Origin: Chiloscyllium plagiosum
Taxonomy: Eukaryota
Reading direction: 5' to 3'
Assembly: GCF_004010195.1 (NCBI RefSeq)
Contig: NC_057719.1
Coordinates: 95,193,672 to 95,257,671 of the forward strand
DNA length: 64,000 nt
Shown here: positions 1-11,779 of the stretch, in pieces
Layout of the letters: each line of letters opens with the position of its first letter
How positions within the stretch are numbered: the first letter of the stretch is position 1
Position numbers and translations under genes: made by a program
Notes under the pieces: model-generated
Seen by the model: the letters and a program-made list of their open reading frames with translations, nothing else
Databases searched by the model: none
What the model was told of the DNA's origin: nothing

Positions 1-1700
1 CGTCCTCCTGTCCCCCGGAACTCTCTCTTTCTCTCTCTCTTCATTCCCAATCCTGAGACACATACACACACACACACAGACACAGACACACAGAGTCAGG
101 GATGGATTGCAGCGGTACTGTTTGTGAGACTGTCGCTAACTCACGGCGCCTCTCTCTCTACACGTTTACAACCAACAGGCAGCACCTTCCACAATATCCC
201 CAACTGGCCCTGAGCATATTCTAACAAAATCCAGCCCCAATCTCTCCAAATCACAGCCAACATGGGCACAAGGAGCTGCCTGTAGGAGAGCTGCTGGAAA
301 CCGGGCTGGGGCTGCTGCTGGTACTTGGCACCGTGCCCAGGGATTGCAGGACCCTCGGCCTGACATTGGGTGGACAAAGGGGTGTCAGTTTAGGGTTTGG
401 GGAAGGGGGCAGCTGGGCGGGGAGGGGCCTGTATTTAACAACACGAACAGGGAGGGAATTAACGTCTCTTGGAAAATCACAGCCAGCTCCCCAAGATCCA
501 CAAGCGAGAGGCGAGAGCCAAATCTATCTGCTCGTGCGCTTGAAGCCGCCTTCATCTGAGAGAAGGTTAGGAAGTCTGAAAGGCATTTTTTATCACGGGT
601 GGCTCCCAGGTCTATTCCAGAACAGCTTAAGGATAGACTAGACAGTTCAAGGATATGACTGACATGTAACAACAATGAGAACCAAGCTGACATGGGGGTT
701 TGTGTGCTGGGGGAATGCTGAAACCATTCTGAACGGAACTATTGGATTCACAGAGCGCACTTTCCAAACACTTCTGCCCTCTGCTCCAGACTAAGTGCAC
801 CGGCGCGGATCTGCAGACAGAAACCTTCCTGTCCTCCCGTGGTTCCCCCACCCCACCGACCGGCTCTGGGCTCGCCCGGCCAGGCCACCTGCTGGGGCTG
901 CGGGGTGGGCGGTAGGTCGGCCGAACCTCACCCTCCTCTGTCGGTTTTACACTCAGCGGGGAGTGGGATGGAGAGGAGGAAACTCCAGGTGGCTCTCCCT
1001 GAGCAGGGAATTTGGGGACCAGTTGCAGCGCGTTGCTGTGGCTGGTCATTTATTGGTGAATTCTGCTAGCTCTGCTCACAAATTCTTGAAAGAGATGTGA
1101 AGAGGGCAAGGCCCGGAGTTCGGCTGTTCCTGGTGAGAAACTTTTGACTATCCTCCCAATTGGCTGAGAGCACCTTCAAACTCAGCGCGGCACTAGCGGA
1201 AAGATCTACCGGTGAAAAATCAACAAACTCACACCAACATATTTCATCGCTGACTCTAACTGTTTCAGTCCGTTCAGCCACTTGGAGCTGTTTAATGCCG
1301 ACTGACATCTTGCGACACAAATGCACCGCAATAGAAACGTATTAAAAATTTCGTTGGGGACAAATGATTAAAACGCGCTCCAAACCTGTACTTAAGAAAC
1401 GAAAATAAAAAGGCTGCCTTGTAGTTTCTGCTGCAGCTGTAGATGTGGCTGTTATTGCTGAGAGAGCCCCATCATTGGGTCCGGTTTGTTTTCTGGGATC
1501 CGCTCGGCCGAACATTCGATAAATGGACAGAAAAAAAAATAAAGATATTGGAGATATTGTAAGTTTTGTGAGAGCGTGTCTGTTGAAACTGTTGATGCAA
1601 ACCCAATCGTTCCACCGGGAAGCCACAGAAATTGCAATTGGTTTTTTTTTCTGCAAACTGTCTGGGAATGTCAGCACACACACTTTGGGGGTAACCAGGA
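1..1700. promoter_or_regulatory. GC/CpG-rich unique region, possible promoter or 5' region of an off-window gene
   Basis: Visibly more CpG and GC than the rest of the window and no recognisable transposon. GC box GGGCGGGG at 415 followed by TATTTAA at 432-438. No recognisable protein in the ORFs. Confidence 0.4.
22..93. repeat. (CT)n and (CA)n/(CAGA) microsatellites
   Basis: Directly visible simple repeats. Confidence 0.85.
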
Positions 1701-2014
1701 GATTTTTTGGGAGGTGTCCCGGGGGCTGCTATCATTGAGATAGAGGAGCATCTTACCGTAGAAACACTCCAACTGAATACTTGCCTGAAATATTTTTAAC
1801 TGAGGGAAGAATATTTCAATAAAACTTATATAAAATGCAATAACAAAGGTAACATTTGAACATGAGGTGATGGTAGGGAATACAAAAGGTGGGGTAGTTA
1901 GAGGGTTCCATGTTTCAGGTTTACAACAGCAGGAGTCCTGGGAATCAGCTTCCGGACACCCAAGTAACAAAACCTGTCGGATGACAGTGGACAGTAAGAT
2001 ATTCCTTAAGGTTA

Positions 2015-2119
2015 CCAAAACAGAAAATGCTGGAAAATCTCAGCAGGTCTGGCAGCATCTGTAAGGAGAGAAAAGAGCTGACGTTTCGAGTCTAACTGAC
2101 CCTTTGTCAAAGCTGGTTT
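2015..2119 (-). mobile_element. 105-bp non-autonomous Penelope-derived element (family C) with hammerhead motif
   Basis: Perfect 15-bp TSD TATTCCTTAAGGTTA at 2000-2014 and 2120-2134; near-identical copy at 41474-41578. Confidence 0.85.
2076..2114 (-). ncRNA. Minimal type I hammerhead ribozyme motif, U3-A8 variant
   Basis: Minus strand reads AGCU-UUGACAA-A-GGGUC-AGUUA-GACUC-GAAAC-GUC-AGCU: stem I AGCU/AGCU, 5-bp stem II, GUC cleavage triplet. Confidence 0.7.
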
Positions 2120-2489
2120 TATTCCTTAAGGTTATCCGTCCGCTGTGACCCTGTGTACCTGTTCATCCCAATCTTTCATTGTCTGGATTTCGATTCAGTC
2201 AAAGACAATATTTTACAAAGTATCATTTTATTGTCAATCGCTAGACCATTTTGAAGGATCCTAAAATCTGTTAGTAACTGCTTCCAAACATACATTATTC
2301 GATTTTGCTCTTTGCTGGAGGGGAGGATTACGCAGAGCCGTGAACAATGGCGCATTAAATATTCGGTATTTGTGAGAAGCTAACTACTTAGACTTCGTAA
2401 GGCACTTGTTACGGGAAATCGCAACAGAATGAAAGAAAATACATTAACGTGTAATATTTACTATTAATGGTTGCACCCCATTTGCACCG

Positions 2490-2720
2490 ACATAAGAAGG
2501 AACAGGCCCTTCGGCCCACTATATCTGTGTTGACCAGGATGCCATTGTAAACGTGCACATTGTCCGTATCCTCCTATTCCCTGCCTGTTCGTGTGTCTGT
2601 CTAAATGTCTCTTCAACACTGCTTTTATATCAGTTTCCATCTCCTCCCTCGGCAGTGCGTTCCAGGCACTAACACCTCAGCATTACAAAAAGCTTGCCTT
2701 GCACATCTCATTTAAGTTCC
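2490..2720 (-). mobile_element. Decayed CR1 LINE 3' fragment
   Basis: Resembles the reverse complement of CR1 3' ends elsewhere in the window (acaggcccttcggccc ... ggcagtgcgttccagg). Confidence 0.6.
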
Positions 2721-3012
2721 CCACCCCACCCCCAGTATTTGACTTTCTCTTTTATCTGAAGTGCTGGCTGTCCTGAATTACCTAGTGACCCAGTGGATCA
2801 CAGTGTCAGATAATGCGTATTCTCTCCTCTCTGTGCAGACATGGACGGACAAATTAAAAGACTTAACCAGCAATCCTGAAGTTACTGCAAGTTCTTTATG
2901 TTGTATACTTGATAAATTATTTTTCCAATAACACATGGCTATGCCGACCACTTAAACATACATTAACACAGGCTGATTGCAAGTGTTGAAAGTGACTGTC
3001 ACTATTTAGCTG

Positions 3013-3240
3013 ACAAAGATAAAAATCACAAACACCAGGTTATAGTCCAACAGGTAGGCCGAAGGGCCTGTTTCCACACTGTAGATTTATTTGGAAGTAC
3101 AACAGGTTTATTTGGTACTTGGTGAAGGAGCAGCGCTCCGAAAGCTAGCACTTCCAAATAAACCTGTTGGACTATAACCTGGTGATGTGTGATTTTTAAC
3201 TGTTTCCACCTCAATCCAACACTGGCTTCTGCGCATCATG
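3013..3240. mobile_element. Family B palindromic Penelope-derived element with decayed hammerhead core
   Basis: aaaaatcaca..caccaggttatagtccaacagg and its inverted copy; ggtgaaggagcagcgctccgaaagcta core; approximate TSD actatttagctg/actgtttagctg. Confidence 0.75.
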
Positions 3241-3299
3241 ACTGTTTAGCTGCACATCTTGCCAGTCAGCTTGGCTTTGCAAGTTAAATGAAGGCTAAA

Positions 3300-4190
3300 G
3301 CATGTATACAATGGCATCAGGGAATGCTCTGAAACCCCTAGCTATCATAATCCACCATATGAATGCTGCAGAAAACTGGAAGAGATTTGAACAAGCTTAT
3401 GACAGAACTTATCTAGAAGCTGGAATCCATGAAAGTGAGGCAGAATCAGGCAGAGTCTATTCCACATGGACATATCAAGGGTATTGCTAGAGATGGGATC
3501 TCCATATGGACTGGTGCTGAATAAGTTCTCTCAGTATTACCAACTGTTAACAAAATAACTGGCAGGTATGTTCAACAGAAGAATGCAAGATACTGTTGAA
3601 ATATGTATGCAGCATGATAAGCAACTTGCTGAAACATGCAAATACAACACAGAGGACAGCCGGAGACTCACTTATGTTTGGAGTTATGGATTTCAGAGTG
3701 GAAGATACTCCTGGAAACTAATCTAATTTGGTTGAAAATTAATGTGATTTGTTACATGGGTGAAACCATGGTCATGTAGCTCATAGCCAATAGGAAGAAT
3801 GTGAGTGTGGTACATAACAGCAGGGAAATGCCAGGACTTGAAGGGACAAGTTTCAGGGAAAAAAATGAAGAATCCTTAAGGCCTCCTGAGTGCTGCAATG
3901 GAGGGCAGAAACATACAAGTTGCTCAAGAGATCAGTATGCCTGGCCTTTAGTATGATGTGAATAAGTATGGGAGAACAACAAATAAATGGTGAAATACCA
4001 TGGGGAAGAAAAAAGGAATTGCACACATATAGGAAGCAATTGAAATAGATGAGCAAAGGACAGAAGAAGATTTTGTCATCAATGAAGTCAATCCTTTTGC
4101 ATAATTTGGAGATTGTTACATGAAGCTGAAACCAGATATTACATAAGATTTCATCTAGATGTACCTGCTCAAAGGGTCTGACAGACTCTG
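3300..4190 (+). mobile_element. Highly decayed Gypsy gag/protease remnant (probably continues at ~6490-7100 and ~8140-8690)
   Basis: ORF peptide AAENWKRFEQAYD resembles Gypsy gag N-termini; zinc-knuckle-like and protease-like (IRFHLDVPAQ) relics; many stops. Confidence 0.5.
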
Positions 4191-5324
4191 ACAGTTTAGC
4201 CCCCTGGGCCATAAGCCCATTATCCTCACACAGGACGCTACCACCAATGTCACTTCACCACTGCCCCTGCTTTTGACTGTCAGTTAGCCAGCCCAGATTC
4301 AGGCCACTGTTGGTGCAGTACAAAGTTAGACCCTCAAGTGCCCTGCCATGTCCTCTGCAGTCTTCCTCTTTGTAAACTATCTCACAGATTTTGGCTAGAG
4401 GAGTGTAGGAATGCTAGGCCAAAGCAAAAGTATTCACAGAATAGAAGCTAAGGGGAAGCACAAGGATAATAAGCTGAACATTGAAAATGGTTTTGAAAAT
4501 TGTGTTGGATAATGTTAGTATAAAATGATTAGTTGGTGGTATCTTTATTTCTGGAGTTTCACTAAGACGACACTGATATTTTGTTCAGCCATTGAGGACT
4601 ATCAGAGAAATGTGGAGCAATGATGAGGTGCTAATGAACAACTAGCCTCAATGATAATGTCCCTGGCTCCTCTTCATTCTGAGGCTATGGCTTCAATATT
4701 GCCAGGTTGTGAAGATGGCAGTACCACCAGGACTCACAAAATATCCCCCAATAAACACTGAGGGCTCTCGAGTGCTCAAACAGCACAATTGCTCTGTCTG
4801 AGTATCAGTGATCAGCTTCATCATGCATGGTTGCAGAGTGGTCACCATTGTAAAGACATGTGACCAGGTGAGCAGGGGGAGACATTGACAGCAGGTAATC
4901 ACTGTCATTAAGCAATCAGCCTCTAGTTTGATGTGACAGTTCAAATATGATGTGATAAAGTCACACTGAAAGAAAGCCTCAGGAATGCACTCAGAATCAT
5001 AAAGAGCTAGTAGATGATAGTTTGAGTATGTTCAGGTTATGAAACCTTTTGCAGTTTTGGCACATTTCATAAGATGCGGTACCTGCACAACTGAATATGT
5101 TCAGTTGAAGGCACTCTGTCCTGTTGGGGAGCCTGCTACCCTGGTCAGACTATATGTTTACTCCTCCTGCTTCTCACTGATTAGAGGTACGACCATACAG
5201 CCCCCTGTCTGAGTGCGCCAGACATTGCTTACATCCCAGAGGCACAGATTCACATTAAAGTGAGAAAAGCTGGGGATGTTGCTGACTCCTACCTGGATGA
5301 AGTTTTTTACACAGGGATTGAGGA

Positions 5325-5447
5325 GAAAGTGATGCTGCAGATGTTGGAGTTTAGAGTCAAAAATTTGATGCTGGAAAAGAGCTGCTGGTCAGGCAGCATC
5401 CGAGGTGCAGGAGAGTCCACATTTCGGGCAGGACCTTTCATTAGGAA
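5325..5447 (+). mobile_element. Family A Penelope-derived short element (decayed hammerhead on minus strand)
   Basis: gaaagtga..ctgcagatg..ggtcaggcagcatc..tttcgggc..ctttcattagg; 12-bp TSD AGGGATTGAGGA at 5313-5324 and 5448-5459. Confidence 0.8.
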
Positions 5448-5512
5448 AGGGATTGAGGATAATCGTGACTCGCACAGCCATGAGCAATGCCAGCCGTATG
5501 GTGTTTTGCAGT

Positions 5513-6112
5513 AGCAGATCTAGTTTGAGGAGGCAGCACTGCTCAGTCAGCACCTCCTTACTGAAGGGAACCACCTCACAAACCTGAGCCAGGTGAAGGG
5601 TGAGGAGGAGAAATAGCTTTGAAGATCCTGGGTGGACTAAGCCTCCCTCTGTGAGCAGTTTCCTGTTTTTGCTGTTGCTGCTCCATTTCATGTCATACAG
5701 CAGCTTCAGAAAAACCGCAATGATCGCTTTCTGCTAAAGTTTTGTGATGGAGCCCTTTTCACTTCTAGACCTTTCTATTCCCAGGCCTGATACTACTTCA
5801 AAACAATCTCTGTGAACTCCTCCAACAACACAATGCACCACTCTTCTACTAATTCCCCTGTTGCAAAAAGAAGTCAGGAGGGAGTTCAGCTGAAAGTTGA
5901 AAGGTGAACTCTTTGAGTAGCGTTCATGCTGGAGTGGCTGGGGCATGTAGTTTGCTTCAAGCATGTCCTGGCTTAGTCCACCCAGGATCTTCAAAGCTAT
6001 TTCTCCTCCTCACCCTTCACCTGGCTCAGGTTTGTGAGGTGGTTTCCTTCAGTAAGGAGGTGCTGACTGAGCAGTGCTGCCTCCTCAAACTAGATCTGCT
6101 TCAAGCATGTCC
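5513..6112. repeat. 131-bp inverted duplication (5513-5643 vs 5970-6100); second copy flanked by a 16-bp direct repeat
   Basis: Arms differ at one position; TGCTTCAAGCATGTCC at 5953-5968 and 6097-6112. Confidence 0.9.
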
Positions 6113-7129
6113 AACTGCACGGATCCCGGAAGTTTGTTAGACCGTCAGCTCCTGAAAGGGGAGGCTTGTCACAAAGCAGCTTTTGTTGCAGTTTGACACC
6201 AAAATCTGCACACTGGGGAGGCTTCCAGCAGACCCATCAACTATACTTTGGGAAGTGATGGGCTCTTGGGATGCACTAGCAGTGTTGCTACCTCTGACAC
6301 CAACTGGTGTTGCAGAGATCCAATATTCGAGTCAGTTTCTGGCTCATTGGTCAGACCGAACAGGGCTGAAGGAGATGGACATCAACAACACAAGGCAGGC
6401 TCATAGTGAATCAGCAGCTGACCTTTACATCATGAGTGTTGCTGTTTTGTTACTTTCCATTGACTTGAAAAATATTGCCAAGATGTTTCAATTCAAACCA
6501 ATTAAACATGACAGTGAGAGTATGAAACAACAAGAATATGCAGTTGAGTTCTGCAGAAGGTAACGTGATGTAGACCAATTACTCCACCTGGCCTCCTTAT
6601 ACATTGAATTTGGGTGGAAGTGGTTATGGATAAATCTTAAAAGTATACTGATGCAATTAGGTATAAAACAGCAGTCAACAACACAGCAGTTCTTAGGTAT
6701 TATAGTTTCAAGAGAGGGATGCATTTAAATCTGGACTTGGAGCAGTGATGATGCAGAATGGGCATACAGCAACAATAGTAGCAATAACAGAAATGATAAG
6801 ACCAAAGAAAAGCCATTTAACCCAACCAGGCTGCTCCAGTATTCAATGAGGTCATGGCTGATCTGATAATCCACAACTCCACTTTGCTGCCTTTTTCCTA
6901 TAACCCTCAATTCCCCTAATGATTAAAGTTTAGGTCAGATCTTCAGAAAAAGTAAGATAAAAGTTTTGGGATGGTGTTCATCTATGATAAAGCTGAAGAC
7001 ATCTACAAGAAAGAGAACAACAAAAGTGATCACAGAGTGTTGGAGTGCATTAAGAAGAAAGTTCTGCAGATGCTCGAGGTCTGAAATTGTTTTTACAAAT
7101 AGTGCCAGAGAAACTCCCTCGGACCATAA

Positions 7130-7950
7130 GACCAGAGGATATAGGAGAAGACTTAGTCATTTGGCCCATTAAGTCAGCTGTGCCATCCCATTGTGACTGT
7201 TATGTTTCTCAACCCCATCTTCCTGCCTCCTTCCCTTAACCTGTGATCCCCTCACTAACCAAGAACCTATCACTCTCTGTCTTAAACACACTCAATGAAT
7301 CGGTCTCCACAGCCCTCTGCAGCAATGAGTTCCACAGATTCACCACCACTGCTGAAGAAACTCTCCTCACCTCATTTCTAAAGAGTTGTTCTTTCAATCT
7401 GATGCTATGCCCTTAGATCCTAGTCTCCACAGTGAGTGGAAATATCTTTTCCACATTCACTCTATCCAGGGCCTCTCACTATCCTGTAAGTTTCAATCAG
7501 ATCCCAGAATCTTCAAACGCTCCTCATACGACGAGCCCTTCATACGTCTCATCTGGAGATAGGCCGCCCTCTTCCATTTAACAAGGGATTCCAATTCCTT
7601 ATTAAACCACGGATTATTCTTGTAAACATCCCCTGAACCTCGTCCAAGGTCAGCACATCCTCCCTTAGATACGGGATCAAACATTGGTCACTATATTCCA
7701 AATGTGGTCTGACCAGAGTCTCATACAGCCTCAGGAGTACATCTCTGCTTTTGTATTCTAGTCCTTTTGAAATGAATGCTAACATTGCATTTGCCTTCTG
7801 AACTACTAACTGAACCTGAATGTTAAACTTAAGAGAATCCTGAACTAGGTCTCTTTGTCTTTGGAGTTCTAAATCCTTCACCAATTTAGAGAATAGTCTC
7901 TATGTTTCTTACCAAGGTGCAAAACCTCATACTTTCCCACATTGCATTCC
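7130..7950 (-). mobile_element. CR1 LINE 3' fragment (RT C-terminus and 3' UTR)
   Basis: ORF 7549-7884: KANAMLAFISKGLEYKSRDVLLRLYETLVRPHLEY. Confidence 0.9.
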
Positions 7951-8009
7951 AACTTTGCTGTCTGGATGAGCTTACATACAAGGCATCTTTTAGCCTTGTA
8001 TTTGAAACA

Positions 8010-8110
8010 AACATAGAGAATGCTGGAGAAACACAGCAGCTCTGGCAGAATCTATGGCAAGAGAAATAGAATAAATGTTTTGAGTCCAGTGTGACTCTTC
8101 TTCAGAACTT
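8010..8110 (+). mobile_element. Old Penelope-derived short element (family C-like)
   Basis: aatgctggagaaacacagcagc..ggcagaatct..gtgactcttcttcagaac; similar decayed copies at ~8785-8915, 14115-14210, 21410-21575, 34265-34440, 45530-45700. Confidence 0.6.
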
Positions 8111-8959
8111 TTGCACCACAAAACATCTGATATCATGGTCTAAGCACATTCCAATTGTGCCCAGTGATCCCCAACTCCAATCTTAGCCAATCGCTCAGTG
8201 AGTGCTAGTTCAAGTGAAGGGATCTGTTCATCAGTGCTGAGGTGTTGCTCTTCCTCCTTTTCCAATTGTTGTGGCAGGACAGATGGTAGTTCTTGAATGT
8301 TTAAAACACTATCAGAAGGTTTGTTTGACAGTGAGAGGAATGTTAAGCCACTTGAAGAAACCTGCCCTGATGATGCAGTGTGCATGAAACTGCCCAGCCA
8401 AAGTTCTTGAAATGCTCCAAGATAATGGACCTAGAGGTTATAATCTGAAAGTCAGAGCCTTGTCACAGGAACCCACATCAGTTGATTTATGCTGATAAAC
8501 CATCTGTAGGCAAAACTCCTGAAATTGAGGGCATTTTTTGAACACCACATTCCGTGGTCCCTTCAACAGCTCACAGTCTTGAAATGAAGTAACAATTTCA
8601 ATGACTGAAACTTCCTTTGGACAACAAGTACTGATCAAAGATCTGGAAAACAGTATCAACCTCCATCCTGACTGAAAGACAATTTATGCTTTCATAACAT
8701 TTATGCTGTTAATTGTGTGTTTTATTTAAAGTTCAACGTTTCTGTATGTTAACCTTTTGACACTGAAATTATTAGATAGCAAAAAGAAGAACTGTGGATT
8801 CTGGAAATCTGAAGTACAAACAGAAATGTTTGGAAAAACCTCATCAGATCTGGCAACATCTTTGCAGAGAAAGCAGAATTAACAGTTTGGGTCCAGTGAC
8901 CCTTCCTCAGTGTATAAAATATAGGACAAAATCAATATAAAACAAAGGAAATGATTATT

Positions 8960-9540
8960 GGGCTTTCTAAATAGGCACAAATAGGACAACCTCAAATACA
9001 TGAAAATAAACCTGTATAAAATACTGACTGGGCCTCAGTTATGTCTATTTCTGAAAAAAAAGTCCTTAGGTAAAAATAGGAAGGCATAAGAGATAATGCA
9101 AGAAGGATTTAAAAGAGCATTTCCAGGGATGAAGAACTTTAACTGGATAAATTAGTTAGCTTTTCTCCATGGTGAAAGTAAAGGATAGAGTTGATGGAGA
9201 TGTTGAAAATCATGTGCGGTGCTGCCTGAATTGATAAAGAGGAACTACACCCATTGGTGAGAGCTAGAACACACGGAATTAAGGATATGGACAACAGAAG
9301 TAACAATGCTATGAGGAAATGTAATTTCACTCAGTGTGGTTAAGATCTGGAATGTGCTATCTGAGAGTATGCTAGAGGCAGACCTGTTGGGGGTTTTCAA
9401 AAGGGAATTGGATCTGTATTTGTAGAAGAAACAGTTGGAAGGCCACAGAAAAAAAGTGAGGAGGCAGCACTGCATGAATGGCTTTTTCAGAGAACCAGGC
9501 TGAATAGCCTTCGCTTTTGCTGTAACCAAACTATGGTTAG
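8960..9540 (+). mobile_element. Decayed CR1 LINE 3' fragment
   Basis: ctgtataaaatactgactgggcctcag, ttcactcagtgtggttaagatctggaatg: CR1-type motifs. Confidence 0.65.
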
Positions 9541-10064
9541 AAATGTATGTATGTTTGATGCTTTATCATGGTTTGAAACTGTAACAACTTAACTGTTTAA
9601 AGAAGTATGGATACAAAATGATTTGAACATGATTACATTGCTTTCTATGGAGGCCTGACAAGTGAAAATCACTTTCTGTGCCTCCTGTGGCACAATACTC
9701 ACTGCACTTCAAAACTTCTTCATTGACTATCAAACGTTTTGAAATATCTTGAGGTCATTAAAGAAATTTATTGAATACAATTCCTTCTTTTTTTCTTCCA
9801 TTAATTTGTGTAGGCTAGGAATTTGGAAAAAATGCTTACATCCTTTAAAAATGGCTGCTGTCAAAGTCTACCGAAATGGACTTATGAGAAAATAGGAAGG
9901 TCTTTGATAACCTAATTAATGAAGCAGTCCCTGGGACATTGGCTGATCTGTCATTTCTCACTATAAAATAAAAGTTGAGGACATTCAGGACTTTCCTGCC
10001 ATCTGCAGTGCGGAATATCTAATTGACTGTTCTCGTTGAACTAGATGACACATCTCAGTCACAG

Positions 10065-10242
10065 GTCAGGCAGCATCTAGGGAACAGGAGAATCGACGTT
10101 TCGGGTATTAGCCCTTCTTCAGGACTAATGCCCGAAACGTCGATTCTCCTGTTCCCTAGATGCTGCCTGACCTGCTGCGCTTTTCCAGCAACACATTTCC
10201 ATCTCTGATCTCCAGCATCTGCAGACCTCACTTTCTCCTCAA
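10065..10242. mobile_element. Family A palindromic element with hammerhead core on the minus strand
   Basis: Inverted arms; minus strand CUGAAGA-A-GGGCUAAUACCC-GAAACGUC; perfect 15-bp TSD ACATCTCAGTCACAG at 10050-10064 and 10243-10257. Confidence 0.9.
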
Positions 10243-11779
10243 ACATCTCAGTCACAGCCTGACTGCTGAATCTGAACCTCATTTGGCACAGTGTTTTCAT
10301 AATGTCTGGGTAGTTGGGTTAAGTCATATGACTGGGGAAGCTCCTGGTGCCAGTTCAAACCACTAATGACCTCTCTTGTTCTGTTGCCACACTGATTTCT
10401 TCCCTCTTCTCCCCAAATAGAGAAACTTAAAAATACTCTTTAAATTCAGGGTGTGCATTATCAGACATGGTTTCTGCTGGAATATAGGATTTCCAGCGCT
10501 ATAATGTATAATCCTCTGACTGTTATGCTGATGCTTATAATTCCCTCAGCCATTAAACTGATTTTACCAGGTCAGATTGTACATTAGATACAATAAATAC
10601 AAGCTAAGTCATGGACTGATGATTGAACCTCTGAGCTGGCAGTGCAAACTTAGAAAACTTCATTTTTGCCAGGCTAATCTTTCCAATGATTAACCTTAAA
10701 CAAGAACTTAACAGACAGTGACAGAATATTAATACCTATTTGTTCACATTCTTTACTCATTCTTTGAGTAATAAAATTGCTAAATGTGGTTAGAAATCTA
10801 CCCTCATTGTCTGCCATAGGTCCACAATTACCATCCACCCCAGAAAAAAGTTTTTTTAATCAAAAGAATTTTGATTTATCAAAGGGAGAAATTTGAAACC
10901 CTCCAGTAGTACAGTAGATTGCCCAGATTGCCAATGTAATTATAAGATAGAAGTGAAGAGTTGAACGATAACCAAGTTCTAAACCATAATTTTTGCTCTG
11001 AAATAAAGCATAAATTAAGTGGACAGATCATTAGCCTGAAATCAATGACACCAACTACAAAAGAGTAAAGATGTGCACAGAATGTAAAAATGAACAAAGT
11101 CTTCAAAGAACTACAGATGTCCTGGGGGTGAGGAAAGTTGATTAACAACTTCAAAGGTGTGGAGACAAAAAGTGGAGCACCAAAGCCTGAATCTGTAAGA
11201 ACCACTTAAATGCTGTGAATGAATTGTTCAGTAGTATTTCTATGGGTAACATGATCTAGAAATCCACTCTCGACTATCGACATATTGGTATGTTTGAAAT
11301 AAAGTTTGTTTTATTTAATTTCAATTTGTGTAACAGTCAGTAAAGCACTTTTGCATGTTAACTGTGCCTCAGGAATAGTATTGTTACCTTAGAAAGCTAT
11401 GAGCTGAAGTTCTATCAGAAAGGTAAACGTATCATCCAGTCTGACAATCCAATGGATAATGAAGAAATTCCCACATCACCATTTCAAATGGCAAGAGTTT
11501 TCCCATTTGTTATCCCTCAATTAAAATTTTAGAAATTGCTTATCTGTTTATCATCGCAATTTTGTTTCACAGATCTTGTGTTATGTAAATTGGTTTTGGT
11601 CTTTCCAAATTTCAAATATATTTCAAAACGTCTTAATTGGTTGTAAAACATTTGACAGTGTCCTATGACCATAAAAAATTATCTAAGCGCTAGTTGCCTT
11701 GTCCCACAGTGTAGATTAAATAAGTCACCTTCACTGTGGTAATTCACCTTAAGCTAAATTTATGTCCAAATTGACTCAT

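Noticed and set aside
141..1100. Short GC-rich ORFs as host exons
   Set aside because: No recognisable protein family and no supportable splice structure
10065..10242. Palindromic elements as MITEs or pre-miRNAs
   Set aside because: Variable asymmetric ends, 11-15-bp non-specific TSDs and hammerhead cores point to Penelope-derived retroposition
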